Shown here: positions 47,101 through 59,300 of the stretch, piece by piece
How the letters are laid out: every line of letters begins with the position of its first letter
How positions within the stretch are numbered: the stretch's first letter is position 1
NCBI GenBank assembly: GCA_030704615.1
Contig: CM060731.1
Span: 50,034,001 to 50,098,000 of the forward strand
DNA: 64,000 nt
Direction: 5' to 3'
Source: Takakia lepidozioides
Lineage: Eukaryota; Plantae; Bryophyta
Notes under the pieces: model-generated
The model's input: the letters and a program-made list of their open reading frames with translations, nothing else
Told to the model about the DNA's origin: nothing
The model's database searches: none
Translations under genes and position numbers: made by a program

Positions 47101-50100
47101 GAAGGTCCTAACAGTGTTTCATTAAAGTCATCAAACAGCCCTCTCTTACTACCACCCCCATTCATCCATGGGCGTAAAGCAGAATAATTGTCACGCCCAA
47201 TGATATTACTTGGAATGACACCTTTCTGATCACCCGAAAATTCCCTCCGATCGAAAAGGGTCACTGCAGTATCTTCATCCTCATCTTCGTCATCAAATAG
47301 GCCACCCTGATATTGCAGTGTCTTCTCCACTCTTGGGCCAGGGCCGGAACCCGTTCCAGAGCTTGACTCATGTTTGGAGGTCAAACTGGACTCACTGCTT
47401 CTGACAATGAGAGTCTCAGAGGGCCTGGCTGCGGAGGTTTCAGCATCAGGTCTGATAGAAAGTTGTCTAACTGGAAGATTCTTTTCCACAAAGATGAAAT
47501 TACCATTGTTAACTGGAGGTACATCTGGCTGAACTCTTGTGCCACCACTAGAAGCTTGAGAATCACTGCTGCTTGATCGGGACTTATTTCTCTCAGCTCC
47601 CACTTTTGCTGTTTCTGATACTCTAAAGAGCATGTCGGGTACAGTGGGCATTGGTGCACTATCAGAGATTGGCATCCGTCCGGTACCCTGCTTTTGGTGC
47701 ACTAGGTCGCTTTCATCGTCATCATCATCATCATACAAACCAAGTGATACGCCAGGAAGAGGAGGTTGAGGTGACCCAATTGCTCCAACTGGAGCAGTGT
47801 CCCTGGAGTTTGGTGTGGTTTGATGTCCTAACTTGGACCTGCTTTGCCTGTCTTGCTGAGAAGGCAAATGGTTCACTACAGCCTGTCTGGCTGAACTGAA
47901 ATGACTGGGTGAATGTTGACCACTGAAGCTTTGAGCAATATAAGAGTCATTCTTCGCAGCCATCTTCAAGATATCTCCATAAGCAAGCGTGGCTGATATC
48001 TGCATAAAACCGGGACCCGCCTGGTCAGCAGGACAATACTAAACACAATTGAAAGCTTACTTCATTGTCTCAGAGAAAAACCAAACATCGAATACTCTCC
48101 TTCTCCAAGGGAATAATCAACAGTTGCAAAAAGGTGGACCCTACAGGATTAGTGTGCAAGCTTTTACGAAGCTGGTGTCCACAGAAACAGCGAATCCTTG
48201 ACATCGCATGACCGGAGCACCTAGGTGAGTACACAGTTAACCTCTTCCCAACCCCAGTTTAGTTTACAGATCCCCTTGTCAGATAAAAGAGAAATATTTG
48301 CTCTGTCGGTTGCCCACATGGAAATAGTTAGTTCCTCTACTTACAGCTTCCATTCAAACTCTGCTTTCCCAGCCAGTTGACCTATGGCAACTGTATGCGT
48401 TAAGGAACAATAAAGAGAACTTACACACAACCCAAAGAGTAAAAATGTCCATAGCAGCTAGAATTAGTCCAGTCTGCAACCATTTTCCCCCAATCTCAGA
48501 AAATATGAGGAGAGGATAAGGAAAGCATACATGTTCTGGGGAGGTACTGATGAGAGTACTGGTCTTATCTGCTTGATCTGATGCTGGGGAAACTAAACAA
48601 TCACCCATGTAATCCTCAATAAAAGACCCCTCCTTTTGGGAGGAAGGTGATGCGAGCCCTTGACCAGCTGCAGCTGGCATGTCCCACTGCAATTTGCTCT
48701 CCACCGTTTTAGATCTGGTCCTGCCAATAAACTTCATGCAGCCCAGTTTAAGCAGTGCCTCTGCATTGCGGCAGTGATTATCCCTCCTTACAGTTTGCAG
48801 AGAGGACATGCTTCCACAGTTAATATAAGCAGAGAGGAAGTGAAATTAAGACAGGATGTGAGCGTCAGAATTTGATACCTGGCAGAGTTGCTCAACTTTG
48901 TATCTGCCTCTACATCATTGTAGTACCCAGTATTTTCAAAAGTCGGCAGCATGGAATCCTCATCTGCAAAAAGGAGGCCACAGCAGAACTGCTGTAACAC
49001 TGAATGTAGGCCTGCCTCTTTCATCTCCTCTCAGACATGTCGGATCGACTTTCCTATATTTGGTTCCCCATGGATTAAGCTGCAACCAATTGAGGAGTCT
49101 ATACATACTCCTCTCAAGCAGACAAAATCCTTGATATTACAAAACTTCTCTCAAAATACATGCAGACAAGCAAAGTGTGTCAATGCATACATGGCAGTGA
49201 CGGCCCACGCAGCGCAGCCTCTAACATGGCCTTGAAGTCCAGGGCAGCTGAAACTGCTGGCTCCAAACCTCCTCCCTGCAAATCACCACACTTTCATTAC
49301 TCCTTTGTTTCGGCTCCATAAAAGGTGATCAAAACTGGCAACATGTCAACAGAGGTTGTGTTCTTTGTCTGTGTGTGTATCGGGATGTATGTCTGAACAA
49401 CAGGACCAGTAACCTTCCTGAGAAAGAATGAAACAAGTTGCCAACCTGGTGACCTGATATTTCACTTTCGGTTCCAGACCACTCTTCATCTGACAGCACG
49501 CCTACACCCAACATCTCTGCCGCCATGTGGGCTTCATCTCTCTCAGTATCGCTGTCTGTTTCTCCCATATCTGAACTTGAGGTGCCTGCAGGTGATTCTG
49601 CAACAACCGGTCTGTTAACCCTTGTACCACAAGGACCGCTTAGTTGAACCGTATTAATGCTACATAGGGGAGATTGTGATATTTTCCAACGGTGATGAGG
49701 CAGAATGGACTAGACTGAGACAGATAAACATATAGGGAAGAAACATGCTCTATCGAATGATTGTCCATAGGTAAGGTCATGCAGGAAATGACATGGAACT
49801 ACCAGCCAGACAAAACAGCAATCTGAATAATTTGTTTGCTTTCAACAAATAGGATCCACATGTATTTCTCCAAACCACCACTATGTCCATGACCATTATT
49901 GAAAGATGGGGTAAGCTTTCTGAAATTTGTTTAAGGACTCACTTTGTCAGGGCACACAAGACCCAAGGTAATCAGTCCAGCAATGCAACTAACATTCCAA
50001 AAGAGCCACACACACACACACCAAGAGGAAGGTTTGAATACCTGCAAGACCACAGCAGCTGTCCCTGGCAAACTCCTCAGTTCCAATTATGTACGGCAGT

Positions 50101-51748
50101 TTAGGGCGCTGTCTCATTCTGTCCCTTTCCACCTGCACAAGCATATTTTGCATGTGAGATCTAAACTATAGTGCAACAATTCTTGGTCAGGTAGACTCTA
50201 AGATTGATAGCTTGATGGTAGCACGCCCAGATATCCTGACAGAGAACCAGATCAAGAAGAAGAATGGTTCAGAGGTGCTTGCATTTAACATCACTTGTGA
50301 CCATAATGCAATTTGCCTCACAGAGGTGGTAATATAAATGTGGAAGAGCAAATAGGTCGTCCATCCTGCACCATCTATGTTATATCTATGGTATTATGGA
50401 AACCTATTAAATATTAGTCCAGGTGTCGGGTGTATATTTCTTTTTTGTCTCACTCCGAGCATCTGTCAAGGACAAGGCACACCAGCAATGTGCATGGTTT
50501 TCATCCTTACTACATGCAGAAAGGCGTACCCTAGCTGATGCTCTGTGCATATGTGGCACCAATGCTGCCCGCTTAGGCTGCTTGCCACTAAGCCCTTCAA
50601 AAGCACTCCATGCGAGCAAGACTGCTTCCTTGTAGCGAGGAATTATGTCTGATTCATAGCCCTCCACATGGACCTTGCTGGTCTGTGGCCCCTCTGTTAC
50701 AGCCAATGTTTCATCCTCCTCATACACACGCTGCAACCATATATTTAATGTCACGACATTGATACTGGATCTCTCACAAGACCTTCAACCTAAACCAAAG
50801 ACAGCATGTTTGGCTATGACCAATCCAAGATGTTTGTGTGCTTACTTACGACAACATACATTGTGGCACTCACATTTTCAATGAACTGGGAAGTGGACAG
50901 TGCTCGAAAGCTGTTGAAGGTGTTATGCAGGTTCAGCTCCACGTCACTGGTTTGATCCCCCAGTTGCTCGACCTGCTTAGCCACACTTTCAGTTCTTCTC
51001 TTCAGCTGTTCTGCAAATCCCTCAAGCCAGCGTTGTAGCTGCCACATACCAACACGAGTTTGGGAAGTTGGTAAATTCTCTGGAATTGGCATCCATCCGG
51101 GGTGCCCTGTAGGACCCTGACTATTGCCTCGTGATGAGAAGAACACCCAGGGTTTACCAGATGGAGATAGTAACCCAGCTTCAGGAGTAAGGGGGCCACA
51201 AAATTTCGACTGAGTGCTCAAACTGACCTACACAACTCTAACGGCCAATAGATTGCAGTGATCAGCTGGCCAGCACTGTGTGCGTCTTGAGCGATGTGTG
51301 TTTAAGTGTGTGTGAGAGAGAGAGGGCTCGAAACACCTGTGACTTTGGAATGACTCCATTCTTTCACACAGGTCCACGAAAATGATCACAAAACCTTCCT
51401 CGAATAAAATCAACCCCAACCTGTGAACCTCGGATCGAGATTCGTCTACCGTCAGGCATACGGTCCGCAATAATAAGATGCACAATCAGCAAGCATGGCA
51501 TGAATGCAAAAATGATTCAAAAAGTGTGACGTGCGTACAAACACGCAACCTTGTGGCCCTTGTCCCAACGCGCGATTTGGACAGAGCAGGACAGAAAATG
51601 GAACGAGGGGAGGCAGACTGGCCAACGATCAATACCAAACAAGGAAGGGAGGCAGATAAAAGAGAAAAAAGACCTGAACGTCCGAGTGAAGAGACCATCC
51701 TGAATTGGCAGCCTCTGCGGACACAGCCAGCAGCGACGTCTTGTCCAT
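44102..51748 (-). CDS. WASHC2: WASH complex subunit 2 (FAM21-like), ~1329 aa
   Basis: 13 frame-consistent exons: 51748-51674, 51038-50874, 50730-50530, 50132-50042, 49597-49446, 49275-49191, 48963-48879, 48720-48531, 47999-46218, 45780-45590, 45424-45270, 45116-45033, 44835-44102. FAM21 head motifs GWSLHSDVQLQRWLEGF...LHNTFNSFRALSTSQFIENRVYEEDE, IIPRYKEAV, LPYIIGTEEF. Disordered tail with LF-acidic repeats. Confidence 0.88.
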
Positions 51749-52085
51749 CTGCGGTCTTCGTTGCGGGCACCTGCCCTCCCCACCTCCTCCTGCTTGTCAT
51801 CTCCTCAACCACGCTTTAAAGAGGCTGCTAGCAGAGCAAAAACCCGAAACCGCAGCCATGATCTGAGGAGCACATGCACCTGTGGAGACTCCAGGCAGAT
51901 CCTGTAAGCAAAATTCTGCAAAACTGTAGCATCAACGACTTTCCATCACAATTACTATTGACAGATCTTTGTCATCAAACAGCATTCAAGCTCGCAGAAT
52001 AGTGAACTGCCTTTACTACTATGCCATCATCCACAGCGTCGCCATGGATCCTTGCATCGATGCAGCGAGAGAGCAAACCGGGAGG

Positions 52086-52241
52086 ATCCAAATCATTCTA
52101 CGTGGCAAAGCTACGAGCGACGTGTAGACGGATGAACATCGTGGATGTAGAAATACTGTACATCCAAATCATTCTACGTGGCAAAGCTACGAGCGAGGTG
52201 TAGACAGATGAACATCGTGGATGTACAAGTACTGTACATCC
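52086..52241. repeat. 76-bp tandem duplication ending in a 9-bp-stem hairpin
   Basis: Units start at 52086 and 52162 (ATCCAAATCATTCTACGTGGCAAAGCTACGAGCGA...). GGATGTACA-AGTAC-TGTACATCC at 52219-52241. Confidence 0.9.
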
Positions 52242-53398
52242 AGCTTACTACTTACTACCTAGTAACAGCACCGTAACTCGTCACACGCACTTGCGAGATC
52301 GAATGAGACGAAGGGACGGATTGGCGGGCCGCCGTCAAGTTAACGTACACTAACGGCCATCTTCGTCGGTGTTTCGTCGGATGACGGAGACGCTCGCTTG
52401 TATTTCGCTGGTATCCAAGGATCGTTTCTGTCCGTTATCCGCCAGATCGGGCAGGTAACCCTAAATAAACTCCAGTTATATTTTAGATAAACTATTTATA
52501 CGACGAGTATTGCGTGTGACCGATAGGTAGTACTTGGGACCAGTTTAGGGATTAGAGAAATGAAATCTTACTTAGTTTCGTCGATATGAGGCCGGCTCTT
52601 CCTCTTCTCTTCTTTTTTCCTCTGCTTGTCTCGGAGGCTCTCAAGGTATGCACCATTTTCCAGCCCGATTCTTCAGTTGTGTTTGCTTCAGGGATGCCGC
52701 TGTGTTCTCGCTATCTCAAGTTTTGTGCGAAATCGCTGTTGTTATCTTCAATGTATGTGATCCGGTAGGTCGAGGGAATCTTCACCTTTCTGGTCGCAGG
52801 ATCCTGCGAGTCCCAGACTTCAATCCATATGCCTCTTGCTCACAGGCCATTTCTGTTGGCCCCCCTCTCTGTTTCTTTCTCTCGCCCCTCGCTTCAGTGC
52901 TATTTTTCTCGCCTTTGTCAGATTCCGAAGCCATCGTCTAGATAGGGGTGACATGTGATCCAATTGTTCAGTTCTGCAACGTGCTTCTCTGTGCGAAGTG
53001 CCTTCACCTGTCTCTCTGGGCTTCCCGCTTTAGGTTTTCTTTGCACTCCATTCCTTCCCTACTTATGGTCATCGTGGGGAAGACCTGATTGTATGTTGCT
53101 CTTTTATAATCACCTATCTTCTGTCACGCGTTTGTTTTCATCGGGCTGCTCATGCCCTTAAGACGTTTGCGACTAGGGTAAGTTGTTGAACCATGTTTGA
53201 GGTGCTATGGCTGTCGAGTGTTGAATTCGGAGCCTATGGTCTACGTCTCTGTTGGTTTGTTCTTATCTTGCAAGGAGCTGATGCAAATGTATCACTTTGA
53301 CACTTGAGAATCACTAATTCTTCTTGGATGTGGCATTTACAGCAAGAGGGATAGCGAAACCCTCTTCCTTTGACAGGTGATTGTAAGTCGTTGGTGAA

Positions 53399-56300
53399 AT
53401 GGCTGTCAAGCATTATGATGATGATGAAGCGGAGGAGGTGGACGAGGAGGAGGCAGAGGCTGAGGAAGTAGAAGAAGAAGAGCCGGAGGAAGAAGAGGAG
53501 GCCGATGAAGATGAGGAAGAAGAGGAAGAAAGAAGTCGCAAGCGGAAGTACAAGGTCTCTCTCTAGATTTAAGTTGTATCTAGTCTCCCAAGGTCTGTCT
53601 GACGACAAAGGCATTACCTGACATTGGTACAGTCCTCAAGTGAATACGAATCTACCAAACAGAATCTTCCTTAAATGATTGATTGTTATTGTCAGGCTGA
53701 ACCACTGCCATGCCCTTCTCTCGGAAAGCACTTATTCTGTTTCTGGAAATATTTCGAATTGAATTACCTCTTCTTTTTGCTGAGAAGGTGTCATTGTACA
53801 AGCAAAAGTCTTGCAGGCTCGTTCATTGGTTTTTAAAGGAGAACAGTTATTTCCTTAGCACTCTAGGTTCTGTTCATTCACAGCATCTCTCTTTTTGTTG
53901 TTTCTACTTTCTTTGTGGAGCTACTCCAATCTATGGTATCTCTCTATACAGGGGTCTATGTTCATTGATGACGTCGCGGAGGAGGATGATGAAGAAGAAG
54001 AGGAAGAAGAAGCCCCAAGGAAACGCAGGCACCGGCGGGGTATGGAGTTCATTGATGATACCGCTGCTGTTGCAAGTGACGAAGAGGAGGAAGAAGGGGA
54101 GGAGGAGGAAGGTACAACTTTTGAATTGTTACTAATTGTTTTATGTTAATGATTACCTGTTTGAGTGGTCTGTGTTTAAACTCGACTTTGTCAAAGTGCT
54201 TACTTAGTGTGTGCGTGACATCACTGAAACTGGAGAAGGGCTGGAGAGCATACTAGGTTAACCATGTTGCATGATGCCACTGAGACAACTGATGCAGGCC
54301 TGCTCAATTTCGTAACAGCATGGACTTGTATAGAAGACTTGAATAGGACAGAGACATATGGTCATATTTTATTGAGGCTGCTCGTTGAGCTAGCTATACC
54401 CATGTGTTGCTTCTCTAGGTTAGAGGACGGCGATTTGTTCTTCTTTGTTTAGTCGTATTTCTTTGTAATTATCTGTTTATTATTTGTGAATGTCTCAAAC
54501 TCTACTTTCGAAGTAACCCAATCCGAGCAAAGGACGTGTGATTCACAGGTTGTATTGCGGTATAACTTTTTGCAGATTTTATCGAGGAAGGGAATGATAT
54601 AGTTGATGAAGGTGAAGCCCGCCGTATACATCACCGCACACTGCTACCTCGTGATGATCAGCAAGAAGATGTGGAGGATCTTGAGAAATTCATTCAGCAG
54701 CGTTATGGCCGACAGGTATTTGTTTGCATAACTGTATCTTCGTAGTGGTGGGGTTCTGGTTGTGGGCATCCTGTGTGACATTCCCTTGATTTGCAAGATG
54801 CTACTAGTGAAGTTTCATGTGTGGGTCTTCCACAACAGAACAGGTAGGATTGAAGTTTCTAGTTCATCTGCATGGCCACTTCCGGATCCTGTTACTGGTT
54901 TGGGGTTCTTCAACACTGAAGCCATGTCAATTGTGGTGAGACTCACCGTAGAATCACTTACGTTCAGCCCAAGCTGTCGGTGGCAATCTGCATAGCTTCT
55001 GGGTAGTTTAATCTCCAGTCAATTGTTCTCAACGAGTGGAGTTTTTTTTTCGCAGGAGTATGATGAGTATGATGAAGCCGAAACTACAGAGGTTGAGCAG
55101 CAAGCGTTATTGCCTTCGGTCAAGGACCCAAAATTGTGGATGGTTAAGTGCTTGGTATGTTTCTTTAGCTTTTGCAATACCTTCTGTAGGATTCAATTGG
55201 AGATTTAAGGAGACATTTATTGATGCAGTGTTACTCACTAGGACAAAAATTTACCTGTCTTTGACTTGGTTCTGTGCAACTTGCAGCTGGGGCATGAGCG
55301 TGAAGCTGCAATATGTCTGATGCAGAAGTACTTGGACCATGAAGCTCAACACCAGCCACTATTGATTAAGTCTGCCATTGCACTTGATCATTTGAAAGGC
55401 TATCTGTATATAGAATCTGAGAAGGAGGCTTATGTGAGACAGGTAATGACTGGATACAGACCTGTACTATCTCGTGTTCAAATCTCATATAGCAAGACTT
55501 ATCCCTCGTTGACAATAGGGTTTATTTCATATATGCTGTACCCTGCAATCCTTCAGAGTATCCTGTATGGGAGCCTCTTGCAGGTGCAGTTATGATGGCA
55601 AGCAAGAAAATGCAGACATGTCTTGTGGATGCCATTTTCTATCTTATCACTTTAGGCCTCGTTGCCTTGCCACCTCCCTACATTTGCGGCCACTGGCTGA
55701 TGGGGTTGCAAATTAAGTTGTTGATACATCATGGTAGTGGATCCTCTGTTATCATGCTTGCTGTTATATGTTGAATCCCTGCTTGGCAATCTGGTGTTCA
55801 CTGTTATTAGGATCTTGTGTTAAGGAGCATGGGTTCTGTACAGGCTTGCAAGGGTATGCGCATGATTTACTCTCAAAAAGTTACCTTAGTTCCTATCAAG
55901 GAGATGACGGATGTGCTGTCAGTGGAGAAGAAGTCAGTTGAAATTGACCAAGACACATGGGTCAGAGTGAAGACAGGTATCTACAAGGGTGACCTGGCCA
56001 AGGTAAGGATGGGGTGACTTCCCTCCTATCTTAACTCCTGTTTCACATTTACCATTAAAATCTTTAGTAAGTAGTGTAGCTAAACATGAACATCAGGAAA
56101 ATGTGATGAGAACTATCTATCATCAGTTGAAGTTTTTCAATTCTTAAGAGACGCTAAGTGCTGTTTTATGTGGACAGGTGGTGGATGTGGATCATGTGAG
56201 ACAGCGGGCCTCAATTAAGCTTATTCCCCGAATTGATCTCCAAGCTCTAGCTGCAAAACTTGTGAGTGTGCAATGACTTCGTTTTGGCAGTTGTCGCATG

Positions 56301-59300
56301 CCTAGGTCATCTTGCCTGTCATCATTCTGTATTTTTCTGAAACTTTCTCTGGTGAGAGTAGGTTTATACATCTGCATCTGAATTTTTTATGACGGCTTGG
56401 AAGCGGAAAAGTAAGCTATACATGTTAAAGTTGGGCATCATGAGTTCTTTTGTGGTCTTCCCTGCAAGTACATGTTCTAAAGGGAGTCGGCGGATGAGAG
56501 TCTTTCCAGAGTGTCAACGTAGTTGGTCTGCAACGTAGTTATGAGAACTTTTTGTTTTGTGCAGGAAGGAAGAGATGACATGAAAAAGCGGCCCAAACCT
56601 GCCCCCCGCTTCATCAGCATTCAGGAAGTCAAGTATGTTGTCCTGTAGTTGGATACAGTTGCCGTCACTTCTTTTGACAGCACAGGTCCCTTTTTGTGCT
56701 CACAACATTGATGGAAGACATCCTAACTTGACATGCAACATCTTTCAAACCATCAGTCAAAATGGCTTAGGTCATTAAGATATGTCGGTTTTGCTTTGTT
56801 TGTCATTTCAGGGATCTAAGGATTCCTGTGGAGCGCAAGCGGGATAGCAGCACTAGCGAATTCTTTGACCAGTTTGGCAACATGATGTTCAAAGATGGCT
56901 ACCTTTTCAAGACGGTATCGCTGAAGACAATTGATGCCAAAGGAATTGAGCCCTCACTCGATGAGCTGCAAAAGTTCCAGAAACCTGGAGAGGATGGCTT
57001 GGAGGCTTTGGGTCTTCCTCCGACAGCACTCAAGAATCGGGCCCAATTCATGAAGGGTGATTCAGTGGTTGTGATAGAGGGTGATTTGCGGAATCTTATG
57101 GGTATTGTGGAGAAAGTGGATGATGACAGTGTCTATATCCGTCCCAAGAACAAGGATCTGCAGGTCTGTATTATGGCCTCTTTTCGTATGCAACACAACT
57201 TGTGATAATGTTTTCCAGTCTATTTTTCCAAACATATGCAGATTGAATTATCACTACCTTGCTGTGTAAGTGGCGGACACAAGAGCGTAGCCTTATCTTT
57301 GTGATGTTTTAAGATTGCTTTGCATTTGAGCACTGTATGAACATTGCCACTTGGATGGTCCAGACCCTTTTGCCTCTTTCACTCTTTTGGCTTTAATGGT
57401 GCTGTCACTTCTCTTCATGGGATAAGGAAAATAACTTTGCCTCCCCAATGGTCTTTGTCTATGTGAACTGAGTGTCCTGTGCTTGTGCATTATTTGTAGG
57501 GAACCCTGACATTCAAAGAGAAGCAACTGCAAAAGTTTTTCAAGACAGGAGACCATGTGAAAGTCATAGCAGGCCAACATGAGGGCTCCACGGGAATGAT
57601 TGTGAAAGTGCAGACCAATGTCATAACTATTCTTTCTGATACCACACGAGAAGATGTATGTCACTTGACTTTTGTGGTTTTCATGCAGCTTTGAATTGGT
57701 TGTTTGGAAGGATTCATCTGACAGCATTTTCTCTTTGTCAGTAGTCGGAGAAATTTTAATGTGGGGATTGTTTGTGGTGCAAATAGCTTCGAGTGTTTGC
57801 ACACAACATAGTTGAGAGCTCAGAGGTCACTTCAGGCCTTACAAAGCTTGGTGATTATGAACTACACGACCTAGTTGCTCTAGAGTGAGTGACCTTACCT
57901 TCCTATTTCCTGTAATTTTTCCAGAAACATGCATGCAAATTCATAAACAATTGCTTATGTACTGTAACACTGTGCAGATGTGGTATTGTTTCCTTTGCAA
58001 GTTTAGCATGTGTTCCTGCAGTCTAGTGTTCGCAATTTGTGTGAAATGAGCCTGAATTTATCTTGGTTTTGCATTGAAGTATGCTGACAATGTTGTGATA
58101 TGCATGCTCTGCAGTCAATCAACTGTTGGAATCATTGTAAGGGTGGAGAAGGATGGGTTTCAGGTTGGTAGCAACAACGTTTTGTATCCCATTCTCATGT
58201 ATTCTCTTTCAGAATATTGGAAGGTAGTATTTATGTAGTGATGTTTTCATGCATGTAAGTAGTTAATATGATATAAATGTTTTCCTATTCAGGCAAGATT
58301 TCAATTATACAACATTATTCAATTTAGTCCATGAGCACAGTAGTTCTTTGGTTATGTTACTGACATGGGAATGGCATATACAGATCTAGAGAAAAATGTC
58401 TTAACACCATAAACCTTTGTGGCAGATACTGAAAGGGACTCCTGAGAGGCCTGAAGTTTTGACCGTGAAGCAGAGGGACATTCGAAAAAAGATATTTGAC
58501 AAGAAAGCCAGTGCCCAAGACCGGGACATGAATGTGGTTAGCATCAAAGATATTGTGCGCGTTTTGGAGGGCCCCTTTAAGGTATGTTACCATTTTGTTG
58601 CAGAGCTGCTAACTTAAGGACCTCCCGACCACTTATCATCAGCATCACTGGTTGATGACAGATGACAGTCCATAACAATGAAAGCGTCGCTGTTACCCAC
58701 TTGAATGGTTACTTGTTGAACTCACATTCAAGCCACCAGCATTAAAAGTTGTACAAGAGTATTCTAGTCTCCCTGGGTGTAGGATGTCCAGGAAATGTTA
58801 AGATGTCAATCACAGACCTTTATCTTAATCCTCTGTGTTATTATGACTTTGCAGGGGAAACAAGGGTCAGTGGAGCATATAAATCGGGGTATTGTATTTG
58901 TTCATGATCGGCATCATTTAGAGAATGGTGGCTATGTCTGCGTCCGTGCACGTGGTTGCATAGCTTTGGGTGGTTCTCGGAATGGCTCTGAGAGAGGGGT
59001 AACACTCTGTACCTTGTGCATTGCACCATTATCTTGTATGGGCAATCTGGTTCATAAAAAAGGTAGGAGTTGGTCTGTTGACTATTTGGGTGTCTTGTGG
59101 GTAGGTTTAGTCCTCATGGAAGTAGATGTTTTCTTTTATAGACATTTAATGTGACATTGCCAGTATCCAGGTTATCCTTGTCACCGTCTCAAATATCTAT
59201 GGACTTGTCGGATTATAGTCTGATAGTTTGGTATCTGATACATGGAAATTAAAGAGAATTCGTTGATAATACAGAACAGTATTGCACCAACTGCCAACCA

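Noticed and set aside
53234-53614. Hydrophobic 126-aa ORF on - strand
   Set aside because: Antisense of the Glu-rich first SPT5 exon.
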